A stretch of DNA of 64,000 bases from Candidatus Limnocylindrales bacterium (GTDB lineage: Bacteria; Chloroflexota; Limnocylindria; Limnocylindrales; CSP1-4): contig JBBQRX010000001.1 in the NCBI GenBank assembly GCA_038214375.1, positions 77,131 to 141,130 of the forward strand. Direction: 5' to 3'. The position numbers and the translations under genes were made by a program. Position 1 is the stretch's first letter; each line of letters begins with the position of its first letter. This document shows, piece after piece, positions 46,557 through 55,731 of this stretch. The notes under the pieces are model-generated. The model saw only the letters and a list, made by a program, of their open reading frames with translations, had not been told where the DNA came from and did no database searches.

Positions 46557-47807
46557 ATGAACCAGCCTCAGGACAGCCCGAACGGTCGCGTCTACCTCGT
46601 CTCCGCCGCCCGGACGCCGATCGGGAGATTCGCCGGGGGACTCGCAACCGTGCCCGCGACCGAGCTCGGCGCCGTGGCGATCCGGGCCGCCGTCGAACGT
46701 GCAGGCCTCCCGGCGGGAGCCGAAATCGACGAGGTCTACATGGGGCAGGTTCTCCAGGCAGGCGCCGGCCAGGCCCCGGCCCGGCAGGCTGCGCTCGCCG
46801 CGGGACTGCCCGCCTCGACGCCCGCCACCACGATCAACCGCGTCTGCGGCTCGGGTCTGAAGGCGATCATGCTCGCCGCGGCGGCGATCAAGGCGGGTGA
46901 TGCCGATCTCGTCGTGGCCGGCGGGATGGAGTCGATGAACCGTGCCCCGTTCCTGCTCGACAAGGCGCGCTTCGGCTACCGGCTCGGCGACGGAACGATC
47001 AAGGACGCGGCGGTCCTCGACGGCCTCTGGTGCTCGATCGAGAACTGCCACATGGGGACCCACGCGGAACGAGTGGCATTGTCCGCGGTCGTATCGCGGG
47101 CGGACCAGGACGCGTTCGCGCTCGAGAGCCACCGCCGCGCGGTGGCCGCGCAGGACGCCGGCCGTTTTGCCGACGAGCTGGTGCCCGTGACCGTGCGCGA
47201 CGAGCGCGGCCGCGAGAGCGTGGTCGCAACGGACGAGTCGCCGCGCCGCGACTCGACCGCGGAGGCCCTTGCCCGGCTCCGGCCCGTCTTCGCGCAGCCT
47301 GGCCCGGACCCGCGGGACCCGGACGTTCCGCTCGCGGGGCCCGGGACGGTCACCGCGGGCAATGCACCCGGGATCACCGACGGCGGCGCGGCCACGGTCG
47401 TGGCGAGCGAGCGCGCGGTCGAGCGCCACGGCCTGCACCCGCTGGCGCGGATCGTCGGGTACGCCCAGGGCGAGGTCGAGCCGCGCTGGCTGTTCCTGGC
47501 GCCCATCACCGGTGTGCGCAATCTGGCCGCGAGGACGGGCCTCGGCATCGAAGCGTTCGACCTCATCGAGGTCAACGAGGCATTCGCCGCGCAGACGCTT
47601 GCCGACGGACGTGCGCTCGGGTTCGATTGGGCGAAGGTGAACGTCAATGGCGGAGCGATTGCGCTCGGGCACCCGATCGGCGCGTCCGGCGCCCGTATCG
47701 TGGCGACGCTGCTCTACGAGCTGCGAAGGCGGCAGGGCCGTTACGGGCTGGCGACGCTTTGCCTCGGCGGCGGGGGTTCCGTGGCCATGGCGTTCGAGCG
47801 CGTCTAG
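46557..47807 (+). CDS. acetyl-CoA C-acetyltransferase (thiolase)
   Basis: TINRVCGSGLKAIMLAA (active-site Cys), NVNGGAIALGHPIGASGARI, LCLGGGGSVAMAFE. Confidence 0.9.
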   Translation: MNQPQDSPNGRVYLVSAARTPIGRFAGGLATVPATELGAVAIRAAVERAGLPAGAEIDEVYMGQVLQAGAGQAPARQAALAAGLPASTPATTINRVCGSGLKAIMLAAAAIKAGDADLVVAGGMESMNRAPFLLDKARFGYRLGDGTIKDAAVLDGLWCSIENCHMGTHAERVALSAVVSRADQDAFALESHRRAVAAQDAGRFADELVPVTVRDERGRESVVATDESPRRDSTAEALARLRPVFAQPGPDPRDPDVPLAGPGTVTAGNAPGITDGGAATVVASERAVERHGLHPLARIVGYAQGEVEPRWLFLAPITGVRNLAARTGLGIEAFDLIEVNEAFAAQTLADGRALGFDWAKVNVNGGAIALGHPIGASGARIVATLLYELRRRQGRYGLATLCLGGGGSVAMAFERV

Positions 47808-47820
47808 GGCGGGGATCCCG

Positions 47821-49458
47821 ATGGCCGATCCAGGACGAAACCCACGCGCCGCCGACGCTCCCCGGCCCGACGACGCCAGCGATCGCCCGTTCTGGAGGCG
47901 TGACGATGGCCCGGTCGACGGCGACCGGCGCCGGCTCGGCGGCAACGGCGGCAACGGCGGCGACGGGAAGCCGGTAGCCCGCCGCCACTTCATCGCCGGG
48001 GAGTGGATCGAATCCGGTTCCGGCCGCACCTTCGAGAGCCGCAATCCCGCGAACCGCGACGACGTCGTAGGACACTTCCAGGCCGGGATGCCGGCCGACG
48101 TGGCCATGGCGATCCGGGCCGCCGAGACCGCGCTTCCGGCCTGGCGCGCCACGCCCGCGCCGCGCCGCGGCGAAATCCTGTTCCGCTTCGCCAGCCTCCT
48201 CCGGCGGGACAAGGAGCGCCTGGCGCGGGCGCTGACCCGCGAGATGGGCAAGGTCCTTCCCGAGGCCCGTGGCGACATCCAGGAAGCGATCGACATTGCA
48301 GAGCTGATGGCCGGCGAGGGGCGCCGGATGTTCGGCGACACGGTCCCGTCGGAGCTCCCCGACAAATGGGCCATGAGCATTCGCCAGCCGATCGGGGTCG
48401 TGGGGATCATCACGCCCTGGAACTTCCCGATGGCGATCCCTGCCTGGAAGACCATGCCCGCGCTGGTTGCCGGCAACACGGTCGTCTTCAAGCCGGCGTC
48501 CGACACGCCGCACTGCGCGACGCTTCTCGTCGAGCTGATGGCGGAGGCCGGCATTCCGGCCGGCGTCGTCAACCTCGTGACGGGCGGCGGCGCCGAGGTC
48601 GGGGACGCGATCGTCGAGTCGCCGGACGTGCCGGTCATCTCCTTCACGGGCTCGTCGGCCACGGGCCGGCGGATCGCCGAGCGAGCCGGTCGGCGCCTCA
48701 AGCGGGTCGCGCTCGAGCTCGGCGGGAAGAACGCGATCATGGTCCTGGCCGATGCGGACCTCGACCTCGCGGTGGACGGGATCATCTGGTCCGCGTTCGG
48801 GACCACCGGGCAGCGCTGCACCGCGTGCAGCCGGGTGGTCGTCGAGCGCCCGGTAGCCGCGAAGCTCATGGAGAAGCTGGAGTCGCGGACGCGTGCCCTG
48901 CGCCTCGGGGACGGCATGGACCCGGCGACGGATGTCGGGCCGCTCATCAACGAAGCCGCCCGCACGAAGGTCGAGGCGTACATCGAGATCGGGCGTCGGG
49001 AGGGCGAGCTCGTCTGCGGCGGTCACGCCGCCACCGGGGCCGCGCTCGACGCGGGCGTCTACTTCGAGCCGACGATCTTCGCGGACGTGCCGCCGATGGC
49101 ACGGATCGCGCAGGAGGAGATCTTCGGGCCGGTCCTCTCGGTGATCCCGGTGGACGATTACGCGGCCGCAGTTAAGGCCGTCAACCAGACGCGCTACGGG
49201 CTCTCTTCGTCGATCTACACCACCGATGTCAACGCGGCCTTCCGCGCGGTGCGCGACCTCGAGACCGGGCTCGTCTACGTCAACGCGGGCACGATCGGTG
49301 CCGAGACGCATCTCCCGTTCGGGGGCTGGAAGGCGACCGGCAACGGCCATCGCGAGGCCGGCCACGTCGCCCTGGACACGTTCACGGAGTGGAAGTCGAT
49401 CTACGTGGACTTCTCCGGACGGCTCCAGCGGGCCCAGATCGACAACCAGCCCAGCTGA
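47821..49458 (+). CDS. NAD(P)-dependent aldehyde dehydrogenase
   Basis: ITPWNFP, FTGSSATGRRI, LELGGKNAIMV, FGTTGQRCTACSR (catalytic Cys), EEIFGPV. Gly/Asp-rich N-terminal extension. Confidence 0.9.
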   Translation: MADPGRNPRAADAPRPDDASDRPFWRRDDGPVDGDRRRLGGNGGNGGDGKPVARRHFIAGEWIESGSGRTFESRNPANRDDVVGHFQAGMPADVAMAIRAAETALPAWRATPAPRRGEILFRFASLLRRDKERLARALTREMGKVLPEARGDIQEAIDIAELMAGEGRRMFGDTVPSELPDKWAMSIRQPIGVVGIITPWNFPMAIPAWKTMPALVAGNTVVFKPASDTPHCATLLVELMAEAGIPAGVVNLVTGGGAEVGDAIVESPDVPVISFTGSSATGRRIAERAGRRLKRVALELGGKNAIMVLADADLDLAVDGIIWSAFGTTGQRCTACSRVVVERPVAAKLMEKLESRTRALRLGDGMDPATDVGPLINEAARTKVEAYIEIGRREGELVCGGHAATGAALDAGVYFEPTIFADVPPMARIAQEEIFGPVLSVIPVDDYAAAVKAVNQTRYGLSSSIYTTDVNAAFRAVRDLETGLVYVNAGTIGAETHLPFGGWKATGNGHREAGHVALDTFTEWKSIYVDFSGRLQRAQIDNQPS

Positions 49459-49514
49459 GCGGGTCCGCGACGTGCCGACCCCGGAGGGCCGCCTCTGCTA
49501 GACTCCGCCGTCGC

Positions 49515-49589
49515 GGGCCCGTAGCTCAACGGTAGAGCGGGGGACTCTTAATCCCTAGGTTCAGAGTTCGAATCTCTGCGGGCTCACCA
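49515..49589 (+). tRNA. tRNA-Lys (anticodon CTT), CCA encoded
   Basis: Hand-folded: acceptor GGGCCCG/CGGGCTC, D arm GCTC-AACGGTA-GAGC, anticodon stem GGGGA/TCCCT with loop CTCTTAA, T arm CAGAG-TTCGAAT-CTCTG, discriminator A, CCA. Confidence 0.9.
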
Positions 49590-49656
49590 GATCACGCGCT
49601 CAGGGCGCCCCTCCCGGCCGGCCGGTGAGGGGCGCGCACGTGCCCGGAGGTGTTCC

Positions 49657-50115
49657 CTGGACGAGCGGCCGATCGACGTCACCTGGGCCGAGCTGGACCG
49701 GCTCGTCACCCTGCTCGCCGAGGCGATCGGACGCCAGTACAACCTCGTGCTCGCGATCACACGCGGCGGCCTGGTGCCGGCGGGCATGCTCGGGTACCGA
49801 TTGGATCTTCGGGAGATCCTGGTCGCCGGCGTCGAGTTCTACCGCTCCGGAGGGGGGACGCATCCCGCGCCGCTCGTCACGCACTTCCCCGCAGCCGACC
49901 TGCTGCGCGGGCGGCGCGTGCTCATCATCGACGAGGTCTGGGAGACCGGCGAGACGATGGCCGAGGTCGTGCGACGGGTCGTCGAGGCCGGCGGGATCGT
50001 CACGACGGCCGTGATCCACTACAAGCCGGGCCGATCGCGCGTCGCCCTGACGCCCGACCATCACGCGGCCGTCGCCCACGGCTGGGTGACCTACCCGTAC
50101 AAGTCGGGCGGGTAG
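49657..50115 (+). CDS. phosphoribosyltransferase (Gpt/XPRT-like); probable CTG start (first canonical start is GTG 49747)
   Basis: PIDVTWAELDRLVTLLAEAIGRQYNLVLAITRGGLVPAGMLG...RVLIIDEVWETGETM parallels the E. coli Gpt N-terminus (IVTW...IIAVSRGGLVPG) and its PRPP loop. The conserved N-terminal part lies upstream of GTG 49747 in a frame with no ATG/GTG/TTG. CTG 49657 sits 6 nt after GGAGG. Confidence 0.75.
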   Translation: MDERPIDVTWAELDRLVTLLAEAIGRQYNLVLAITRGGLVPAGMLGYRLDLREILVAGVEFYRSGGGTHPAPLVTHFPAADLLRGRRVLIIDEVWETGETMAEVVRRVVEAGGIVTTAVIHYKPGRSRVALTPDHHAAVAHGWVTYPYKSGG

Positions 50116-50206
50116 CGCGCGAACCGCGTCGGACGCGTTGCATGCCCCCGAGAACGCCGAAATGGCCCCGGTCCGTCCCGTGCTACCCTTCGGCCGTCCT
50201 TTGCGG

Positions 50207-50246
50207 CCGGTCCTGTGAGGCCGGCGTACCGGTCCTGAGAGGCCGG
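50207..50246 (+). promoter_or_regulatory. two tandem PyrR-binding-loop-like hairpins in the carA leader
   Basis: CCGG-UCCUGUGAGG-CCGG (50207-50224) and CCGG-UCCUGAGAGG-CCGG (50229-50246). The loop resembles the PyrR consensus ARUCCAGAGAGGYU. The second hairpin abuts GGGAGG (50249-50254). Confidence 0.5.
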
Positions 50247-50323
50247 AAGGGAGGCATCGTGCACACGTCGAACAACGTCCGCCGCGCCCGCCGGGCCGGT
50301 GGCGTTTTCATGTCCGGGGCCCA

Positions 50324-51517
50324 ATGACGGCGCGACCCCCCGACGCGCTGCGGCTCGTCCCGCCGGCGCCGGATCCCGACCTGATCGTCGATCCGCGGAT
50401 CGGGGCGCGCGGCTCGGCGCTGCTCGCGCTCGAGGACGGCACGGTCTTCGCCGGGATCGCCTTCGGGGCGGACGTCGCGGCCGGCGGCGACCTCGTGGTC
50501 AACACGAGCCAGACCGGCTATCAGGAGGTCTGCACCGACCCGTCCTACGCGGGCCAGGTGGTGGTGATGACCTACCCCCTGATCGGCAACTACGGGCGGC
50601 TGCGGGGCGACGACCAGTCCGAGCGGCCGTGGCTCCGCGGGCTCGTCGTGGCCACCGCAACGGCAGCAGTTCTCGAGGATGCCCGGCAGCTGGCCGCGCT
50701 CCTGCGCGACGCGGGGATCCCGGCCATCGCCGGCGTCGACACGCGGGCGCTCGCGCGGCACCTCCGGGCGCACGGCTGTCTCCGCGGGATCGTCACCGCA
50801 CCCGGTGCGACGGACCCTGTCGCAGCCGTGGCTGCCGCCCGCGCGATCCCCCGATGGGAGGACCAGGACTTCGTCGGGCAGGTCTCGCCGACGGACGTCG
50901 TCGAAATCGGCGACGCGGCAGCGGAGCCGGACGTGCCGCTCGTCGCGATCGTCGATTTCGGCCTCAAGGCGAACATCGTCCGCAGCCTCCGCCGGCGCGG
51001 AGCGCGCGTGCGGATCCTGCCCTCGACGGCGACGGAGGAGATGGTGCTCGCGCCGGAGATCGATGGCGTCGTGCTCTCACCTGGTCCGGGCGATCCTGCC
51101 CGGCTCGACGGCCCCGTCGAGCTCGCGCGCCAGCTGATTGCCGATGGCCGCCCGCTTTTGGGGATCTGCCTGGGCCACCAGATCGTGGCGCGTGCTGCGG
51201 GCGCCGAGACGCGTCGGCTGCGCTTCGGCCACCACGGGGCGAACCACCCGGTGCGGGACGTGGAGCTGGGGCTGGTCCAGGTGACTGCCCAGAACCACGA
51301 GGTCACCGTGGACGCAGCCTCGCTCCCTGCGGCCGGTGGCTTCATGGTGAGCCAGCTGAACCTCAACGACGGCTCGGTGGAGGGGCTGCGCCACCGTTCG
51401 CTCCCGATCGAGACCGTGCAGTATCACCCCGAAGGAGCCCCTGGGCCGCTCGACGCGCTCGCCGTCTTCGATCGCTTCGTCGCCGCCGCGCGGGCACGAG
51501 CGGGACGCGGGGCGTGA
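50324..51517 (+). CDS. carA: carbamoyl-phosphate synthase small (glutaminase) subunit
   Basis: VVNTSQTGYQEVCTDPSYAGQVVVMTYPLIGNYG, GICLGHQ (catalytic Cys), QYHPEGAPGP. Confidence 0.95.
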   Translation: MTARPPDALRLVPPAPDPDLIVDPRIGARGSALLALEDGTVFAGIAFGADVAAGGDLVVNTSQTGYQEVCTDPSYAGQVVVMTYPLIGNYGRLRGDDQSERPWLRGLVVATATAAVLEDARQLAALLRDAGIPAIAGVDTRALARHLRAHGCLRGIVTAPGATDPVAAVAAARAIPRWEDQDFVGQVSPTDVVEIGDAAAEPDVPLVAIVDFGLKANIVRSLRRRGARVRILPSTATEEMVLAPEIDGVVLSPGPGDPARLDGPVELARQLIADGRPLLGICLGHQIVARAAGAETRRLRFGHHGANHPVRDVELGLVQVTAQNHEVTVDAASLPAAGGFMVSQLNLNDGSVEGLRHRSLPIETVQYHPEGAPGPLDALAVFDRFVAAARARAGRGA

Positions 51518-54500
51518 GCGCACCGCCCACGATGCCCGTCGCCGCCCCGCCGCGCCCACCGAAACCCCGCTCCGTCCTCATCATCGGCTCCGGGCCGGTC
51601 GTCATCGGGCAGGCCGCCGAGTTCGACTACGCGGGCACCCAGGCCTGCCGCGCGCTGCGGGCAGAAGGCGTCCGGACGATCCTGGTGAACTCGAACCCGG
51701 CCACGATCATGACCGACCCCACGGTCGCGGACGCCGTCTACCTCGAGCCGCTCACCGTCGCGGCCGTCGAGGCGGTGATCGCGCGCGAGAAGCCCGACGG
51801 CCTCCTGGCCGGGCTCGGCGGCCAGACCGCGCTCAACCTGACGATGGGCCTGGCCAGGGCCGGGGTCCTCGAGCGTCACGGCGTCCGCCTCCTGGGGACG
51901 CCGCTGCGGGCGATCGAGATGGCCGAGGACCGAGAGCAGTTCCGCGACCTGCTCGACCGGTTGGGGCAGCCCTACGCGCCGTCGGCGATCGTCGGCGGCG
52001 CCACCGCGGCGGAGCGCGCGGGCTCGATCGATCGGGCGCTGGCCGAGATCGGCCTGCCGGCGATCATCCGGCCCGCGTTCACGCTCGGCGGGACCGGCGG
52101 CGGGATCGTCGAGACCGAGGCGGACTACCGCGAGGTCGTGCGGACCGGCCTGCGTGCGAGCCCGATCGGCCAGGTGATGGTGGAGCAATGCCTGGTCGGC
52201 TGGCAGGAGATCGAATACGAGGTGATGCGCGACCACGAGGACACCTGCATCGCGGTGTGCTCGATGGAGAACGTCGACCCGCTCGGCGTCCACACCGGCG
52301 ATTCGATCGTGGTCGCGCCGGTGCAGACGCTGCCAGACCCGGTCCACCAGCGCCTCCGGAGCGCGGCGCTCGCGATCATCCGCGCCCTGGGCGTGGAGGG
52401 CGGCTGCAACGTCCAGTTCGCCCTGAGCCCCGACTCGCGCGACTACGCGGTGATCGAGGTGAACCCGCGGGTCAGCCGGAGCTCGGCGCTCGCCAGCAAG
52501 GCGACGGGCTACCCGATCGCCCGGGTCGCGGCACAGATCGCAATCGGCCGGACCCTCGCCGAGATCCCGAACGTCGTGACCGGGACCACGGTTGCGGCCT
52601 TCGAGCCCGCGCTGGACTACCTGGTCGTGAAGCTGCCGCGCTTCCCGTTCGACAAGTTCCCGCGGGCCGATCGGTCGCTGGGAAGCCAGATGAAGGCGAC
52701 CGGCGAGGTGATGGCGATCGACCGAACGTTCGGCGCGGCGCTGAACAAGGCGCTCCGCGGCCTCGAGCAGGCGGGCGCGGGCCCGCTCGCGGAGGATCCG
52801 GCCTGGACGCCGACGCTGGCGTACCTGGCGGCCGCGCTCGCCGGCGGGGAGCTCGACGAGGCCGACGCCGGCAGCGCGGGCCTGCCCGGAGAGGCCGGTG
52901 CCGTGATCCGCTGGATCGACGAGAACGGTGACGCCTGCGAGTCGACCCGCCTCGCCCAGCGGACCGCGGCCCCGATCGTCCTGCGCCGGTTCCTGGCGCC
53001 ATCCGACAGCCGGCTCTGGCGGATCCTGGCCCTGCTCCGGCGGGGCCTGCCGGAAACGGCGATCGTGACCGCCACCGGTATCAATCCCTGGTTCGTGGCG
53101 GAGCTGGGCCGCTCGATCGCCCTCGAAGGGCGGCTGCGGGCCGCGGGGCCCGCGCTCCTGGCCGCCGGCCCTGGGGCGGATGGGGCGGCGGCCGACCCGG
53201 CGATGGCGACCCTCCTCGCGACCGCCAAGCGCGCAGCGCTCGGCGACCGGGAGATCGCGGCCCTGGCTGGTGTCCGCGAGAATGAGGTCGCGGCGACGCG
53301 GCGCGAGATCGGCCTGGTCCCGGGGTTCGCGATGGTCGACACCTGCGCCGCCGAGTTCGCCGCCGAGACACCGTATTTCTACGCCACCTACGCCGCGGCC
53401 GGCTCGCCCCCGGAGGCGCCCCCGGTTGCGCGGCCGGCCGCGCTCGTCATCGGCAGCGGGCCGGTCCGGATCGGGCAGGGGATCGAGTTCGACTACTGCG
53501 CCGTACGCGCCGCCGAGAGCCTCCGCTCGCTGGGCTGGCAGGCCGTCATGGTCAACTCGAACCCGGAGACCGTCTCGACCGACTTCGACGCCTCGAGCCG
53601 GCTCTACTTCGAGCCGCTCGACGTGGAGTCAGTCTCCGAGGTGGTTGCCGCGGAGACGCCGCGCGGAGAGGCAGTGCTCCCGGCCTTCGTCCAGTTCGGC
53701 GGCCAGACGCCCCTGAACCTGGCCGGGGCGCTCGCCGCTGGAGGCGTGCCCCTGCTCGGCGCCTCCCTCGAGACCATCGACCAGGCGGAGGACCGCGTTC
53801 GCTTCAGCGCGCTCGTGGAGCGGCTCGGGATCCCGCAGCCGGAGGGCGGCATGGCCCGCTCGATCGACGAGGCGGAGGCGCTCGCGGACCGGGTCGGATA
53901 CCCGGTGATTGTCCGACCGTCGTTCGTGATCGGCGGGCTCGCAATCGATTTCGCCTACTCGCGCGACGACCTGGTGACCCAGCTGGCGGCGGCCACGGTC
54001 ATCGATCCGGACCGTCCGGTCCGGATCGACAAGTACCTCGAGGGCGTCGAGGTCGACGTGGACGCGGTCGCCGACGGCGAGACTGTCCTGATCCCGGGGC
54101 TCCTCGAGCAGGTCGAACGGGCCGGCGTCCACTCGGGCGACTCGGTCGGGCTCTTCCCGCCACAGGCGGTGAGCGAGGCGGACCAGGCCCTGATCGTCGC
54201 ATCGATGGAGCGAATCGTGCGCGCCCTTGGCGTCCGCGGTCTCGTCAACGCGCAGTTCATCGTCCGGGAGGACGGCGTCTACCTGATCGAGGTGAACCCG
54301 CGAGCGAGCCGGACCGTCCCGTTCATGAGCAAGGTGACCGGCGTGCCGTTTGTGGACCTCGCGGTGCGGATCGCGCTCGGGCAGACGCTGCGCGAGCTCG
54401 GATGGCCGAACGGGCTGCTCGCGCCGCCTGCCTTCGTCGCGGTCAAGGCCCCGGCGTTTTCGACGACGAAGCTTCGCGGTGTGGACCCCTCCCTGGGCCC

Positions 54501-55143
54501 GTTCATGCAGTCCACCGGCGAGGTGATCGGGATCCACACCGACGTTCGGGTCGCGACGGCCAAGGCGCTGCTGGCCGCGGCCCTCGTGCCGCCGCTCCCG
54601 GGCGAGGACGGCGCGCTGGCGCTCCTCTCGGTCGCCGACCGGGACAAGCAGCTCGTGCCGCCCCTCGCGGCCGCGCTTGCACGGGCCGGCTACCGGTTCG
54701 CGGCGACGGCGGGGACGCGAGCCGCGCTACGCGGTCTGGGCTGGGAAGCTGCCGCGGTCGCGAAGGTCGGCGAGGCGGCCGGGCCCGGTGAGGAGCCGAT
54801 CCTGGACCTGATCGCGTCGGGTCGCGTCCGGCTCGTCGTCAACACGCCCACTCCGCGCTCGGGGCCGATCCGGGACGCGGCCGAGATTCGCCTCGCGGCG
54901 ATCGCCGAGGGCGTCCTCTGCCTCACGGCTATGGAGACGGCGGTTGCGGCCGCGCAGGCGCTCGACCCGGACCTCGCCGAGCGCCTCTTCGACGTCCGGC
55001 CGCTTCACGCATGGGTGCCGGCGCCCGGCGTCGCGCCCGGCCGGTTGGCCGGTGTCGCGGCTCCACCGTCGGCCGGTGGCACGGCCGGCTGCGCCCTGGC
55101 GCCCACATCCGTCGGCAGGCCGCCGACGAACCCACAGGCATGA
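51514..55143 (+). CDS. carB: carbamoyl-phosphate synthase large subunit
   Basis: LIIGSGPVVIGQAAEFDYAGTQA, two ATP-grasp halves (second: VIGSGPVRIGQGIEFDYC), C-terminal MGS-like domain. GTG 51514 overlaps the carA stop (ATG 51532 is an alternative). By eye, longer than E. coli CarB through an enlarged central linker and a Pro/Ala-rich C-terminal tail. Confidence 0.95.
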   Translation: MSAPPTMPVAAPPRPPKPRSVLIIGSGPVVIGQAAEFDYAGTQACRALRAEGVRTILVNSNPATIMTDPTVADAVYLEPLTVAAVEAVIAREKPDGLLAGLGGQTALNLTMGLARAGVLERHGVRLLGTPLRAIEMAEDREQFRDLLDRLGQPYAPSAIVGGATAAERAGSIDRALAEIGLPAIIRPAFTLGGTGGGIVETEADYREVVRTGLRASPIGQVMVEQCLVGWQEIEYEVMRDHEDTCIAVCSMENVDPLGVHTGDSIVVAPVQTLPDPVHQRLRSAALAIIRALGVEGGCNVQFALSPDSRDYAVIEVNPRVSRSSALASKATGYPIARVAAQIAIGRTLAEIPNVVTGTTVAAFEPALDYLVVKLPRFPFDKFPRADRSLGSQMKATGEVMAIDRTFGAALNKALRGLEQAGAGPLAEDPAWTPTLAYLAAALAGGELDEADAGSAGLPGEAGAVIRWIDENGDACESTRLAQRTAAPIVLRRFLAPSDSRLWRILALLRRGLPETAIVTATGINPWFVAELGRSIALEGRLRAAGPALLAAGPGADGAAADPAMATLLATAKRAALGDREIAALAGVRENEVAATRREIGLVPGFAMVDTCAAEFAAETPYFYATYAAAGSPPEAPPVARPAALVIGSGPVRIGQGIEFDYCAVRAAESLRSLGWQAVMVNSNPETVSTDFDASSRLYFEPLDVESVSEVVAAETPRGEAVLPAFVQFGGQTPLNLAGALAAGGVPLLGASLETIDQAEDRVRFSALVERLGIPQPEGGMARSIDEAEALADRVGYPVIVRPSFVIGGLAIDFAYSRDDLVTQLAAATVIDPDRPVRIDKYLEGVEVDVDAVADGETVLIPGLLEQVERAGVHSGDSVGLFPPQAVSEADQALIVASMERIVRALGVRGLVNAQFIVREDGVYLIEVNPRASRTVPFMSKVTGVPFVDLAVRIALGQTLRELGWPNGLLAPPAFVAVKAPAFSTTKLRGVDPSLGPFMQSTGEVIGIHTDVRVATAKALLAAALVPPLPGEDGALALLSVADRDKQLVPPLAAALARAGYRFAATAGTRAALRGLGWEAAAVAKVGEAAGPGEEPILDLIASGRVRLVVNTPTPRSGPIRDAAEIRLAAIAEGVLCLTAMETAVAAAQALDPDLAERLFDVRPLHAWVPAPGVAPGRLAGVAAPPSAGGTAGCALAPTSVGRPPTNPQA

Positions 55144-55550
55144 GCACCACGCCGATCCTCTTCGACAACCCGCCGAGCGCCTACCGAGCGGGGGCCTGCA
55201 ACATCGGCCCCGCCGAGATCGCACGGCGCCTCACGTTCGGGCTGGCCGGCCTCGCCTTCTCGGCCATTCTCGCGATCGTCCTGCTGGCCGCCGGCGCGCC
55301 GCCGGTCGCGCGCCTCCTCGTGGCGCTGCCCGTTGCGGGCTCGGCGGTCGGCCTGCTCCAGGCCCGCCTCCGGTTCTGCTCGGCGTTCGGGTTCGCGGGA
55401 CTCCGCAACTTCGGGCCGCTCGGCGGCGAGGAGCACGTCGCGGAGGCAGCGGCCCGGCGCGCCGACCGGGCGATGGCGCTCCGGATCGTCGCGGCCGGCG
55501 GCCTGGCCGGGATCCTCGCGGGCGTGGCGCTGGCGGTGATCCCGCGCTGA
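55140..55550 (+). CDS. small membrane protein (136 aa)
   Basis: ATGA overlap with the carB stop. Hydrophobic helices LAGLAFSAILAIVLLAAG, LLVALPVAGSAVGLL, AAGGLAGILAGVALAVI. Confidence 0.6.
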   Translation: MSTTPILFDNPPSAYRAGACNIGPAEIARRLTFGLAGLAFSAILAIVLLAAGAPPVARLLVALPVAGSAVGLLQARLRFCSAFGFAGLRNFGPLGGEEHVAEAAARRADRAMALRIVAAGGLAGILAGVALAVIPR

Positions 55551-55731
55551 CCGCACGGGCAGCGCGGGCCGGGCCGCACATCCCGGCGGCGAGGTACGCG
55601 GCAACTGCCCCGAACTCCGTGGCGACTGCGCGCACCCCGCGAGGCGCCGCCCCGCACCGGCCATCTCCGCCCGTACAATCGGCGGGACAGGGCGCCGCGC
55701 CCACCCGCCGGCCGCGTTCACGAGGGCCCGC

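Noticed and set aside
49657-50115. The phosphoribosyltransferase upstream of carA being PyrR itself.
   Set aside because: It aligns with Gpt/XPRT-type N-terminal and PRPP motifs, and at ~150 aa it is about the size of Gpt and shorter than PyrR. I did not see the PyrR-specific C-terminal block (DRGHRELPIRAD-like).
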